Assembly (NCBI RefSeq): GCF_001194135.2
Contig: NC_068994.1
Coordinates: 59,519,463-59,583,462, forward strand
Direction of reading: 5' to 3'
DNA: 64,000 bases
From: Octopus bimaculoides
Taxonomy: Eukaryota
Shown here: one piece after another, positions 25,780 through 39,677 of the stretch
Layout of the letters: the number at the start of each line of letters is the position of its first letter
How positions within the stretch are numbered: the first letter of the stretch is position 1
The notes under the pieces: model-generated
What the model saw: the letters and a program-made list of their open reading frames with translations, nothing else
What the model was told of the DNA's origin: nothing
Database searches by the model: none
Made by a program: the position numbers and the translations under genes

Positions 25780-26150
25780 CGATGCTGGACTTTGTATTGT
25801 TATGCTTGAGGTGCATATCATGAAAACTCTGCCAGAAAAGTTTCGTGCTGGGATGTCATTAGTATCTCAATAAGCTTTTAAACTGTTCCTGGTGTCGCTG
25901 CTAATAAGTCCGCCGATGGCTTGAGTAAATCGGAGAAATCTTTCAGCATATTTTAACGCATTCTCCATTGCTAGTTTCATAGATTAATTACGAGAGCATT
26001 TATAGCCTTTTGCTTCAATGCCATACTTTAGAATATTCCTATAAATTTTTGCTTACGATGTTTGTAAGCAGACAGATATAAATGTCTTGTCTTTATATCC
26101 ACCGTCTTTGTGGAAAAGCAAATAGGGATTAGCTGGACAATCTTGTGTTG
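25780..26150 (-). mobile_element. Degenerate RTE LINE 3' fragment
   Basis: KIYRNILKYGIEA and SLKAY*DTND remnants. Confidence 0.4.
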
Positions 26151-26207
26151 AATTTCATTAGCAACTGAGAACCATCAAATCATTTCTCACTCTCTGTAAA
26201 TACAACC

Positions 26208-26247
<40 letters not shown>

Positions 26248-26844
26248 AATATATATATACATATATGCATACATACATACATACTTACATATATATATAT
26301 ATATTCGAGCACCAAGTTATGGATTTTCGCTAAGTGCAGACACTTTGAGAAGCATCTAATGCGTAAATGGGCGATTACGTATCTGATAGATGATTCCAAA
26401 AGACACACCACGCAATGTCATGAATATATGTTAATACAAGCATGTATTTTACTTCTCTTATTTTTCGCTTCTCTTAGTTGTAAATTCTCTTTGTTCCTTT
26501 CTTTCCCGAACCCTGGTTTCTCTTGTTATAGAAAGCATTTGCCACTCTTAAGTCCTTAAACACAATTTTCCCTTTTTGTCCTAATTTCTTTCTATTTTTG
26601 TTCTGTTTCGGTTTATTAAATGTAATAACTCTTTGAGATTCATATTCTTCAAAGGAGAAAGAATTAATTCCAGCCATCCAAGAGGTAGAGTTATGCTTCT
26701 TAGCAGAAGCAAGAGCAGCGCCGTTGTGTCTTTTTTTCTTTCAAAATCCCACTGAGAATGATCTGACGATTGCACTTAAGACAGGAAACTTTTACTGTTA
26801 GTAAGCCTCAGGGAAATTCTATAGTTCGTATTACATTACAGACC

Positions 26845-26945
<101 letters not shown>

Positions 26946-27493
26946 GCACATGCACAAACAGACAGACATACAAACAGACAGACACAGACACACACACATA
27001 CACGTGTGTGCATGTGCTTGTGTGCATGTGTGCATGTGTGTGTGTGTGTGTGTGTGTGTGTGAAGTTTATTAAAGTATAATATAGTCACCTGTCAACGTC
27101 ATATCCGTGACTGTGGTACTGAAGCCCTGATAAAGTGCAGAGCGTGTAATGTCCTTGCAGAAGAGATTGACAGAAACGTAATAAAACAATTTGACATTAA
27201 TTCTCCGGAAAACCGAAATTGCTTTGGTTTTAACTCGGCTAAAAAAATGTAATTATGTAATATCGAGCACGACTAAAGTGTTCCACTTAGAAATTTTTTG
27301 GAATTAGGTTAGTCGTTTCCGAGTTTGTTGTAAAACTAACATTTCTAGATTATTATGTAAGCAGTTAGTTACAAGATCAAATATACTTTTAAGCATTTCT
27401 ATAACTAAAATTCTACAATCAAAGGCACAAAAGTTGTAGATTCCGTTGAGAATCAATGTTTTGGATTTTGGATGTAAAACAAATGTGAAATGT

Positions 27494-27567
27494 GTTGGTG
27501 TACCGAGAAGAGAGGAAAGATGGAATGAGTTGGTGTACCGAGAAGAGAGGAAAGATGGAATGAGTTG
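27494..27567 (+). repeat. 35-bp perfect tandem duplication
   Basis: gttggtgtaccgagaagagaggaaagatggaatga x2. Confidence 0.92.
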
Positions 27568-28268
27568 AGGAATGCTTTGTCATAAATGATATTTTCCTTC
27601 TGAGTCAGACCGTCACATAATTTTTTAATGTGTTCGAATTTTAGCAGCAGTCTCGCATATCCTATGCGAGAGGTAAGCAGCTATCGTTTGGCTCCGGGTC
27701 AGTCCTAAAATAAAGTACATGAAGCTGAAAGGCAATCTAGCCATGACCAGCTCGTTTTTGCTTTCTTCAATCAGTCAATGTGATTGCATTTTGTGATAGA
27801 CTATAATAGTTTTATGGTAGCAATATGATGTAGTACCTCTTGGTGCTACAACTTTTGGTCGTATGTTGCAGGAGTACCTAGCGGTAGTATGTAAGCGGTA
27901 GTATGTAAGCGGTGGTGTTCTTTGCAAATATTTTGTGTTAGTATATTTTTATGTGCTCCATATAATAGTGTATCGTGAAAGTAATTTGTTTGAAATGTTA
28001 CAGGAATACGTCTACGTACATTCGAATGTAGTTATTTGGGTAGAATCTCTCAGCAGTTATTTCTGAGACTGCGATAGATTGTATTTCGTATCATTGTATT
28101 GTATTATGGTACCTTATGGTAAGTCTTCAGGCTGGCTGTTGTGAAGTATCCTTTGGTATTACATTGTGGAAATAATATCTCATAGCGTTACATTGTTGTT
28201 GTACTGTGCGTGTGCACATTTGGTAGTACCTTGTGGTAGTATCCTGTGGTAGAATCTTGTGTTGGCAA

Positions 28269-28337
28269 CTTGCAGTGGTACCTTGCAGTGGTACCTTGCA
28301 GTGGTACCTTGCAGTGGTACCTTGCAGTGGTACCTTG
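28269..28337 (+). repeat. 13-bp minisatellite (cttgcagtggtac) x~5 with degenerate flanking copies
   Basis: Direct inspection. Confidence 0.92.
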
Positions 28338-28623
28338 AGGTAGACGTTACAGTTGTTATTTGTGGTGGTATCTTCTAGAATTATTATGAAGTAGTATCCA
28401 CGTAATTGACTGATAGACACTAAATGGTAGCAGACTTTCCAATACTGGAGCTTTACCTTGCAGTAACGGTCACATTAATATCTATGTATACATCCAAGTT
28501 GATGTCTATGTTTGAACACCTGTATACATACATATATACATACGTGTGTGTGTGCGTGTGTGTGTGCGTATGCTGATGTATTTTGTGTAGGCATAAGAAA
28601 TGTTGTGATTAAATGTCTATTCA

Positions 28624-28629
28624 TTTATT
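28624..28629 (-). terminator. Candidate poly(A) signal AATAAA of the Ly6 gene
   Basis: tttatt on + equals AATAAA on -, ~55 nt past the stop. Confidence 0.45.
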
Positions 28630-28684
28630 CATTTCAGATAATAAAACCGAGGTTCACAAATTTACCGAGAAGAGACCCCTCTCC

Positions 28685-28947
28685 TTAGACTATGGATGCC
28701 AACAGCATAGAAAGGAGGCTGCAGAGGGCAAGTAATGTGTAGAAAATCTGTGGTGGCTGGTGTAAAGGGCTGGCAACATTACAGCCATCATAGTCACAGG
28801 CCAAGACGCAGCCACGATACATCTTGTTGTTATACTTCATGGCGCGAACCCAGCCGCAATGGCTTTGTCTGCCGATTTCCGATTCCGATGTCGTCCCACC
28901 GTTGTCCACGACACAGTTGCGCACCACAATGTGGTAACCGGTTTCAT
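28685..28947 (-). CDS. Ly6/uPAR gene exon 3 (VVRNC...HCG...GCVLACDYDGCN plus GPI-like hydrophobic tail)
   Basis: ttacag| acceptor; 263 nt to TAA; Cys 6-10 with terminal CxxDGCN motif, then IFYTLLALCSLLSMLLASIV*. Confidence 0.93.
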
Positions 28948-29004
28948 CTGTAATTAGAGATGAAGGAGTGATGATAGATAAACAGAGAGAGAGTGAGTGA
29001 GAGA

Positions 29005-29044
<40 letters not shown>

Positions 29045-29512
29045 CGAAAACAGAGAAAGAGGGAAAGAGAGAGAGCGAGAGTGAAGGTGAGGGAGAGAGA
29101 GGTGAGAATGAAAAACTGAGAAAATAGTACGAATGTATATTTATGTGTGCATGCATGATTTTGTCAATGTACGTATGCGCATGTGTTTATGTATGTATGT
29201 ACCTAGTATGTGTGTATGTACGTACGTACGTATGTACGTAGTATGTATGTATGTACGTACGTACGTACGTATGTATGTGTGTGTGTGTATGTATACATGT
29301 GCGCATGTATACATGTGTGCATGTGCTTATGCATGTATGCATGTATGTGTGTATGTGTTTATGTTTGTATGTGTGTATATATGTGTGTGTTTATGAATGC
29401 ATGCATAAGTACGAGTATGTACATGTATTGCCTAATTATATTTGTATCCATGTGTGTGCATGTGTATGCGTGCGCGTGCGCCTGTGTGTGTGTGTGTTTG
29501 CACGTTACTTAC

Positions 29513-29686
29513 AGTCAGTAGCCACCACTTTGATGCACTGGGTGGCTGGGTAGACTCCGATTCGATTGCGGTGGCTCGACCAACATTTGGAATGGTAGAA
29601 GCGATTGTTTCGGTTGTGGAATGGATCTTCACATTCTGGGTTGCTGTGGTTGAAGGACGAACAGACAAAACAGCCAACCGAACGAA
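29513..29686 (-). CDS. Ly6/uPAR gene exon 2 (VRSVGCFVCSSFNHSNPECEDPF...KCW...YPATQCIKVVATD)
   Basis: catacag| acceptor after a pyrimidine tract and |gtaagt donor; 174 nt, phase 1 to 1; CxxC...CEDPF LU-domain start, Cys 1-5. Confidence 0.93.
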
Positions 29687-29770
29687 CTGTATGGAAACGG
29701 GAGAAAAACAATCAGCTGAAGTGCAGAAGAACAGAGAAGACATACATACATACATACATACATACATACA

Positions 29771-29804
<34 letters not shown>

Positions 29805-30628
29805 CATGCATGCATATATACATACATACATGCATGCATACTTAAACCTCCAGTTTCTATATCCAGGTTATAAATTCCTATTTATACCAGTAATAATTTG
29901 TGCACTTGGTTTTGTGAGTAAATGCCTAAGAGACAATCCGACCAACTCACACATCGCAATTTGTAAGTGGAACAATAAAAGTATGCAATACTTTCTTCAA
30001 GTTTAAAACGTGACATTGTTTTTGTCATCTACATTTCAACGATGGACTTCTGTATGTTTGTTAGAAAGAAGCTCCTTCCTCAGAGAAAAGATTTAAATAA
30101 TTAAAAACAGAAGACAACATACATATATAGATGATGTTATTGCTAAAATAATATACAATGCCATCCACAGAAAAGACCGGCTAGGGATGGGTATACATCT
30201 CTGCTAGTCAATGTATACAAACTTATCGGCACAAGGGGCATTGGCGGAACATCTCCATCAAAATTCCGACAAAGTGCAAACGCAACAGGCTGACTCTCAT
30301 TATTTGGGATAAAAAATACTGCCCCAATTGCATATACCTGTTTTCTATTGAACCGGGTGGCCTTTCGCAACATCAGTGAATGGGTTTTTTTCCACTGTCT
30401 CCGATATTGGAGACAACGAACTCTCGACCGAGCATGTGACTGGCTGCGAGTATGCGCCATTGAAATAGGACCAGGAAGGCCGATATGCATTTGGCACTCC
30501 CGCTAGCTCCAGCTAGGAAGAATTTTCGTCTCTTTCTGAGATTTAAAATGTTTTTAACACAGCATGTTCATAACACGCCATCTCAGGACAAATATTGCAG
30601 CAATTGGCCGAACGATGGGGCATCTGCG

Positions 30629-30662
<34 letters not shown>

Positions 30663-31672
30663 TTACAATTGATTTTAGCATAACTAATGTGTAGTGAATA
30701 ACCTCATAGATTCTTAATCAAGATTCGAAACCTAACCTATATATTTCTTCGAGTTCTTTTCTATTGTTGTCGGTTTTTGTAGAAACTCATGAAAGTCAAC
30801 AGTCACGCTTAATTAAGTTCCATTGTTTAAGTGACCATTCTTAGGTTAAATACGGTTCAGACAAGAAAATAGATGAAAAATCATTTGTTCAGCCTGACCT
30901 AACTTAGAAAAAAGCATAAATACAGAACCCCAAATCATTTTAGGCCTTTCACCGTGCACAAAGAGCCCACCAAAGAGCACATCTGTATTGCTCCTTTCAC
31001 TTATGGATTGTCACCGTGTGACTATACTTGACCCTGCTCGTCAACTCAGCGGGTTAAACCCTTGTTACTCTTTTTCTCTCTCTCTCTCTCTTTCTTCCAT
31101 CCGTCTTCTAGCAGTAAAAAAAACGATGAATTTAACTACATACAAACTAGACAACAAGACTGCAAATAATCTGTGTACAACAACCCGAAAAAGTTGTATT
31201 TTACTTTCTAACAATAAAATAAAAATGCTCTTCTCGACGAACTATTTTTCTTCCTCTCATTTATTTGTCACATTTAAATTTACATATATTATTCATACAG
31301 CAGATGGTGGCTACATTTAAAAACAGCAGCAACACAACAACAACAACAACGGCGATCACGACGACAACAACAACAACAACAACAGTAATTGTAATTATGT
31401 TAATTCCACTGCCATCTCAATATCGAGTAGGTTGATGACAACAACGATTAATAACGTCATGCAACCACCCTGCAGACGACCACCACCACCACCACCACAA
31501 CAACAACAACATCAAGTGATGCCGGACGTAGTTCCTTCCTATTTCAAAGGGTTACCACTTGATAACCGCAGACATTTTCTTTCGCAAAGTCCTTATTTTG
31601 TTCTCTGTATTTAGGTTTAGTCTTCGTGTAAAAATATATTACCGTTTTTATTTTGGTTTGGCCCAGTTTCAC

Positions 31673-31741
<69 letters not shown>

Positions 31742-31955
31742 TTATTCATTATTCATTATTCATGGAGGAGTAATGAAAAATATCAGCGAGCGATTAGTGA
31801 ATAGTTCACTACTTCATTATAAAGTTCCACATGCTGCTCTGTCTGTATCACTGTCTGTCTGAGGTCCTTGTTGTGACTTGACAAACAGTACAAACCCCCG
31901 GGAGACACAATATCTTCAGTCAACAACCTCACGATATTGTATACTGTGCGACGTC

Positions 31956-32163
<208 letters not shown>

Positions 32164-33150
32164 TTCTTGGATAATGGAATGTATGAACCTTTTTGGTATT
32201 GCATCGAATGTTGAGTGATTGCTTGGAAAAAGTATGGCGAAGTGGAGGACGGAATAGACAGAATATGGAAGAAGATTAGGGACAATAGAAATCAGGGGAG
32301 GCATCTTCCAGGGGACTGCCTGTCCCCACCGATCTTTGTGCTGTGCATGATAGCACTAACACTGATACCGAGGACAGCAAAAGCTGGGGATGCATTCGAA
32401 AGCCGCCAACAAAGAGTCGGCCATTTGTTAGTCATGGATGACTTCAAACTTCATGGTAAAGACGAAGCCCAAGTCAGTCCCCTCGTTGATACGGTGAATA
32501 CCTTCAGTGCTGATATCAGAATGGAGTTCGGACTGAGAGAGTGTGGTGTGTTAGTCTTGAAGAGAGGCAAAATCAAATGCATGGACGGACTAACGATACC
32601 GTCGGGGGAGTTTATGAAGCAGATAGAAGAGACGGGCTATAAGTACTTGGGGATTTTGGAAATGGATAAATTGATGGAGAAGGAAATGACGGAAAAACTT
32701 AAGGTGGAGTACTTGCGCAGACTGAGACTGATCCTTAAGTCGAAATTAAACGGACGGAATAAGATGGAAGCTATCAACACCTGGGCGGTTTCACTCCTTA
32801 GATATGGAGCAGGGATAATCGCATGGACAGTAGACGAACTAAACAGCTTAGACAGAAAGACAAGGAAGTTGCTGACTAGATACGGGCCACTTCCCCCCAA
32901 AAGTGACACAGACAGACTGTAGGTACCAAGAAAAAGAGGGGGAAGAGGACTTATTGGATGCGAACACAGCATTAGAGCAGAAGAAAACAACATAGCATGG
33001 TATGTAAAAAATGTCACTGAACCGCTGTTACTAGAAGTAAGAAGGTCAGGCTTTGTAGGATGGAAGATTGCAAAGGTAAAGCACTGCACGAGGAATTGAA
33101 AACGAATAAAACTGAAAATAGGTGGGTAAAGAAAAGAATGCATGGTCAAT
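32164..33150 (+). mobile_element. R4/Dong-clade non-LTR retrotransposon, 5'-truncated RT fragment, antisense in Ly6 intron 1
   Basis: IFQGDCLSP, HLLVMDDFKL, MEFGLRECG, YKYLGILE, AINTWAVSLLRYGAG, VPRKRGGRGL, KRMHGQ. Confidence 0.92.
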
Positions 33151-34165
33151 TAATTTTAATGTATTAATTGAATTATATTTCGTATATAATTATTTACAAT
33201 ATGTATTTTGAATCCACTCTTCGATTTAAGGTTTTNNNNNNNNNNNNNNNNNNNNNNNNNNNNNNNNNNNNNNNNNNNNNNNNNNNNNNNNNNNNNNNNN
33301 NNNNNNNNNNNNNNNNNNNNNNNNNNNNNNNNNNNNNNNNNNNNNNNNNNNNNNNNNNNNNNNNNNNNNNNNNNNNNNNNNNNNNNNNNNNNNNNNNNNN
33401 NNNNNNNNNNNNNNNNNNNNNNNNNNNNNNNNNNNNNNNNNNNNNNNNNNNNNNNNNNNNNNNNNNNNNNNNNNNNNNNNNNNNNNNNNNNNNNNNNNNN
33501 NNNNNNNNNNNNNNNNNNNNNNNNNNNNNNNNNNNNNNNNNNNNNNNNNNNNNNNNNNNNNNNNNNNNNNNNNNNNNNNNNNNNNNNNNNNNNNNNNNNN
33601 NNNNNNNNNNNNNNNNNNNNNNNNNNNNNNNNNNNNNNNNNNNNNNNTATATATATATATATACTATATATATTATGCATGTATGTAGATTTGAATATGT
33701 ATGTACAAGATGTATGTAGTGATAAAAAGTAGAGAGAGAGAGTTGGAGAGAGTGATTTATCCACGATAGAAAGACAGACAGACAGACAGAGAAAACAAAG
33801 TGGAGATGATACGGGTGAAGGTGGAACTGTGGTGGTGGTGGTGGTTGTGGTAGGGGTGGTAGAAAATTAAGGAAAGAATAACGATGACGTCCATTACAAC
33901 ACCAATGATGATAATGACAATGATGTTGATGATGATGACGATAGTGATGGTAGTGGTGGCGGCGGCGGCGGTGGTGGTGATGACGTCACAGGTGAAGGGA
34001 ACACAGAACACCAAGTGTTCAGGAAGGGTCAGGGTGGCTGGGAGTCATGCGGTTACAACAGTAACAAAAATAACTTCTTAGGGGTCGCTTACGTCGTTGG
34101 CGATCGTCGGCACCTGGAAAAGTGAACTGGTCTGGTTATTAGACTGATGATGATGATGGTGATGG

Positions 34166-34220
<55 letters not shown>

Positions 34221-37200
34221 ATTAATTATAATTCCGATCTTGCTGCTGCTGTTGCTGCTGATAGTGATGATGATGAAAAGGGTTGAAGTAGTTGTGATGG
34301 TGGCGGCGGCTTCGGCGGCGGCGGCACATAACGGAGAATACCTTTGCACTGCTAAGACGTGACATTGTTCTGTGGTGAATGGTCGAGCAAGGATTGGCTG
34401 TAGTAGTAGTAGTAGTAGTAGTGTTGGTGGTAGTGCTGACTGTAATAGTGGTGGTGGTGGTGGTTGTAATCGTCGCTATAGTAACGATCATGTTGTTTGT
34501 GGGGATCAGCTGGAGGTGGTGGAAGTAACTGTGGTTGTGGTAGGTTGTTGGAAGAAGTTATTGTTGTTGCTGTTGTTGTTGTTGCTGTTGGTAGCGGTGG
34601 TGGTGGTGGTACGGAAGAGATTTCCAAAGCGCGGTTTTTGCTTGAATGGAATTGGTAAGTTTATAAGTTCATCTCTCTTCTAGAGCAGTAGAGTGAAATA
34701 AGGATTGGTGTAAAAGAGGAGGTACCTCTGGTGATGAGGTACTCTTGTGGGAATATCCATCGGGACGATTAAAACCAAGTGGTGAGGTTTACTACGACAT
34801 TCAGGTCGTAAACATCAACAGTCGGGGATGTTGGTGGCCGGTATTGACATAGCGGTCGATGATACAGCATGGCTGGCGTAAGCATTGACATACTAAGTAT
34901 AAAGACTACGATTACTTGCATCGAGGTGAGGTAAACATTGTGGAACAGTGTTTAACAAAACCAAACAAATGCAAGAGTGGAAAATAAAACGAAAGTTTTG
35001 TTTAGTTAAAACTGAAGATCGGAAATGCAGTGAAATGAAGAATAGTGTGGCGTTTGGCAATCATAGTCACAACTGCGAGTATGTTTCACTCTTATCCTAT
35101 TTCAATAGTGCGGCGTAGTCATATCCAAATGCTTTTTAAATAAAAGTTAGTATAACCAAGATAATTTTCATTTCCAGTGAAAGCATTCAACGTTTCGGAC
35201 AGATGGCCTTCTTCGGATAGGGAGAATAGCGAAGCCCTATCAGTAAAGTCAAAGGAGTGAGGAAAATAAGGCTAAAGACAGCAAAAGGAAGTTTGAGTAG
35301 CCAGGAGGCTTCGGAAAAATAGGTAATCTTTTGAGAAACAGGTTTAATGAGCGCTTTCTGGATGTTGGGAACCAGACTCTAGGACTCCTCAAATCAAAAG
35401 GCTACAGCATTTGTCGTAAGGTTATATCAGGAACGCTTTATGGTTTATCTTTACTGAGATAGCAACTGTGATATGCCACCTGCTAGAATACTATGACAAG
35501 AAGAAGACACTTGGGAAAAGAGTTGGTGTCCCTATCGAATGTCACTTCCGCTGTACACACTTTATCAAAAATTTGCATATTATGAATTTTAAAGTGTTAT
35601 CTGTCGTAAAAAAAAGGGTCATTTTGAGAGTGTACTTTTACCGCCGTGGGTCATATAAAAAAATATGTTATACATACAATCATAATTTAAATTTTACCAG
35701 ATCATTTCGTACTTACACAAAGCGATGAAATGAATACTANNNNNNNNNNNNNNNNNNNNNNNNNNNNNNNNNNNNNNNNNNNNNNNNNNNNNNNNNNNNN
35801 NNNNNNNNNNNNNNNNNNNNNNNNNNNNNNNNNNNNNNNNNNNNNNNNNNNNNNNNNNNNNNNNNNNNNNNNNNNNNNNNNNNNNNNNNNNNNNNNNNNN
35901 NNNNNNNNNNNNNNNNNNNNNNNNNNNNNNNNNNNNNNNNNNNNNNNNNNNNNNNNNNNNNNNNNNNNNNNNNNNNNNNNNNNNNNNNNNNNNNNNNNNN
36001 NNNNNNNNNNNNNNNNNNNNNNNNNNNNNNNNNNNNNNNNNNNNNNNNNNNNNNNNNNNNNNNNNNNNNNNNNNNNNNNNNNNNNNNNNNNNNNNNNNNN
36101 NNNNNNNNNNNNNNNNNNNNNNNNNNNNNNNNNNNNNNNNNNNNNNNNNNNNNNNNNNNNNNNNNNNNNNNNNNNNNNNNNNNNNNNNNNNNNNNNNNNN
36201 NNNNNNNNNNNNNNNNNNNNNNNNNNNNNNNNNNNNNNNNNNNNNNNNNNNNNNNNNNNNNNNNNNNNNNNNNNNNNNNNNNNNNNNNNNNNNNNNNNNN
36301 NNNNNNNNNNNNNNNNNNNNNNNNNNNNNNNNNNNNNNNNNNNNNNNNNNNNNNNNNNNNNNNNNNNNNNNNNNNNNNNNNNNNNNNNNNNNNNNNNNNN
36401 NNNNNNNNNNNNNNNNNNNNNNNNNNNNNNNNNNNNNNNNNNNNNNNNNNNNNNNNNNNNNNNNNNNNNNNNNNNNNNNNNNNNNNNNNNNNNNNNNNNN
36501 NNNNNNNNNNNNNNNNNNNNNNNNNNNNNNNNNNNNNNNNNNNNNNNNNNNNNNNNATTTCCCCCGTTGAAGATAAAATTGTTTAGTTTTCTTTACTGAA
36601 ATTCTACTTAGAGAAACGAATTAACCAGTGCAATACTGTTTTTTTTCTAAATAAAAATCTGAGGAGTCTATTCTTTGTTCGGAGCTGGAAAAACAAATAA
36701 GAAACCAATGAAAATACTTGAGACTCATCTCGGTGATATTCCACCTCCTCAGTCTGGTTTCTTTCACATTTCAAACTGTAATAATGTTTTCTCGTTTACT
36801 TTTCACTTAGTATTATGATTTAGGACGGTACACACTGCGTGCTTTTTGTTGAAAAGTCTCTCAAGGATAGTGACCTCGAGGGTTTTTTTTGAGGTACATT
36901 GTATATTGGTTACAAATTTGGCACAAAGCTAGCAGTTGTGGTGGTGGTGGTGGGGAGAACGTGTCCGACTGGTACTTCTTTTATCGGCACCGAAAGGATG
37001 AAAGGCAAAATCAACATCGGCGGAATTTGAACTCAGAACGTAAGGACAGATGAAATGCCGTTAAGCATTTTTTCCGGCCTCCCAACGGTTCTGCCAGCCC
37101 ACCGCCCTAGGCACACTGTATACTGTCCCCAGATCACTGTCGAGTGGGGATATGTCCGATCAAAGCGATCTTAATTTCGATCCGAAACTACGTATAATAA

Positions 37201-37468
37201 CTTTGGTGAATTAATTATTGCTTCTATGTAATTTTATGATAAAATAATTTAGTTTTATAATTCACAGTACAATATGTTCGTACAGAATTCATAACAGCCA
37301 TAACAACAACAGCAGCAACGGCAGCAGCAGCAGCAGCAACAACAGCAACAACAACAACAACAACAGCAACAACAACAACAACAGCAATATTAGCAGCAGA
37401 AACAGCAACATGGTAAGCAGCAGAAAGGAAATCAGATGATAAAGAGAAAAGTCCGGAGAAACACTCAC

Positions 37469-37532
37469 CTGTTCTTACAGAGAATGTCGCTAAGATAAAG
37501 AAGGTACCGGCCAGCTGGAGTAGAGGAGGCAT
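37469..37532 (-). CDS. Ly6/uPAR (three-finger, quiver/sleepless-like) gene, coding exon 1: signal peptide MPPLLQLAGTFFILATFSVRT
   Basis: ATG preceded by an in-frame TGA; hydrophobic signal-like 21 aa; acag|gtgagt donor; phase 1 matches the next exon. Confidence 0.8.
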
Positions 37533-37609
37533 TATTCACAGATGATTATAACACTTCACGTTCAAGTGTCAAGTGTTGTGTTCTCTTCGGGTTTGGGACC
37601 ATTAGAGCC

Positions 37610-37669
<60 letters not shown>

Positions 37670-37945
37670 CATAGTCAAGACGAAGAGCGCGATTCGATTG
37701 GAAGATATTTTATTAGTTGAATGATATTTCAAGAGTAAGTCTGTCTTTGTCAAGTTCAAAATAAGAAGTGATAGAAATTCCAAATTACAGAAATTTAAAC
37801 GTAAAGTATGAACGAGAGCAACCAGCGTCCAGACGTTGATGGAATGACATCCTCAGTTTTTAAGTTACAATTTTATAAAAGGCGAAAAGAAAAAGACGGA
37901 GAAAATAGAAAAAAGAAGACGACAGAAAAAAAGGAAAGAAAAAGA

Positions 37946-39502
37946 GAGAAAGAAGAATATTTAATCAAGCAGTTTTGTATAAATTTGATGATATTCTCCT
38001 GTCATCTTATTCATTCCTCCTGGGCGTGATGTTAATAACCCGCAAACATATTTCTCCTCATACATTCTGAGAAGTGAAAGTGAATCAGATTCAGAATATT
38101 TTCTGAGAATATGCACTTTCAAGTCTTCTTCAAAATTGCAGCCGCTTGAAACGAAATGTTCAGCAAGTTCTGTTGAACCACTGTTCTTGTACCTGACGTC
38201 GAATCTGTGCTCATTAAACCTTTTGTTTAATTGTTCTGTTGTACAACCAACATAAGTTGTGTTTCGTGCATTCTGCAGCGTACACCAAATGGGAATCTTT
38301 GCATGTTCCACCTTCTGTATAAATCATAACATTTCTGTTATGATTTCTGATGGAATTCACTTCCCTCATGTTGTTGCACAATGAATAGGTCTTACCTCTT
38401 TTGCGGCTGTTCTTTAAGGTACAGCGTGCAGATACTCCAATATTCGTTTTCTTGGAGTCAGATATACAGGTCAATAATTCTCTTATATTCTTATTCCGTC
38501 TAAAGGCTACGATAGGCGGCTGAGGAAATATCTGTTTGAAACGAGGATATTTTTTTTCGCCACATGCTGGTAACTTTCATGCAACACTTTTGAAATGCCA
38601 ACGAAATGTTGCACGGCCAAAATTTCGGAATGGCTGGATGGCTTTCTACTCCCCGTCGCAAAATGATTAAGTTTCTATATTCGGGATACCTTTGATTTTG
38701 TATCTAAAATCAACAACTTTTTTAAGCACCGAGAACTGTTTTTTGGTAACCATGGATGTTTCTTCCTTATATCCCAATATTGACCACAATGAAGGGGTAG
38801 AAGCATGCATGGATGCCTTTGAAAAACGGTCAAACAAAAGTATTCCATCAAATTTACTCTGTAGATTATTGAGGTTTGTGTTAGAAAGTAACACAATGAA
38901 GATTAGACAAAGATTTTACCACTAGACGAAGGGTTGCGCCATGGGTACCCCATCATGGCAGTTAATTTCGCTAACGTCTTCATGACGAAATTCGAGACAC
39001 AGTTACTGAAGACATTCAAATCCCTTCATGGTCATGAACCAATACTCTGGTTATGGTTCATTGACGACGTATTTTTTGTCTGGGAAGGATCACAGGATAG
39101 TTTAATGGACCTCTTGCATTTCTGTGACTGTTATGCTAGAAACTATGGCTTTAAGTCCAACATAAAATTTACGTCTAGTTTTTCAAAAACTAGTGTTGAA
39201 GTTTTGGACACAAAAGTCAAGTTTTCTGGAGGCAGAATAGTGACAGAGTTATTTTGCAAGCCAACGTCATCCCACATTTATCTCCACCGCCGCTCCGATC
39301 ATCTACATCATCTTATTCGGTCAAATCCGAAATCCCAACTTTTGAGGATAAAACGGATTTGTACTGACATAGGGGATTACTGAAAACATGCAAATGCTTT
39401 TGTATGTCATTATGTCAAACGCGGATACAGTGAATGAATAAGATGACAGGAGAATATCATCAAATTTATGCAAAACTGTTTGATTAAATATTCTTCTTTC
39501 TC
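37946..39502. mobile_element. Penelope-like element: inverted GIY-YIG arm (-, 37946-~38570) fused to RT (+, ~38572-39431), with 71-bp inverted ends
   Basis: RT: MDVSSLYPNI, GCAMGTP, WFIDDVF, KPTSSHIYLH, SQLLRIKRIC; EN: PPIVAFRRNKNI, LVYAAEC, YVGCT...RFNEHR, ELAEHF; 37946-38016 is the reverse complement of 39432-39502 (69/71). Confidence 0.92.
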
Positions 39503-39677
39503 ACTACCGACAGCGACAAATGCAGAATGTGTGGTGAGAGGGGTGAAACGGTAAGGTACATCGTTAGCGAATGCACGAAATCGACACAACACGAATACAA
39601 CATGACACCATGACAATGTGGCAAGAATGATCTATTGGGAGCTCTGTGGAAATCGCGGCCTACAAAGAGCAAAGACG
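39503..39677 (+). mobile_element. R4/Dong fragment, C-terminal CCHC zinc-finger region
   Basis: DKCRMCGERGETVRYIVSECTK...HDNVARMIYWELCG. Confidence 0.85.

Noticed and set aside
30143-30490. 115-aa minus-strand ORF in Ly6 intron 1
   Set aside because: No recognisable motif or convincing splice sites; probably an old TE remnant
35175-35230. Second hammerhead-like motif on - (CCGAAGA-aggccatctgtcc-GAAACGTT) next to faint GIY-YIG-like remnants at 35300-35620
   Set aside because: Core U is mutated and stem I does not pair; at most a dead PLE relic
39381-39383. In-frame TGA in the PLE RT as selenocysteine
   Set aside because: Not at an evident conserved Cys position; the same ORF has a TAG and frameshifts, so decay is the simpler explanation
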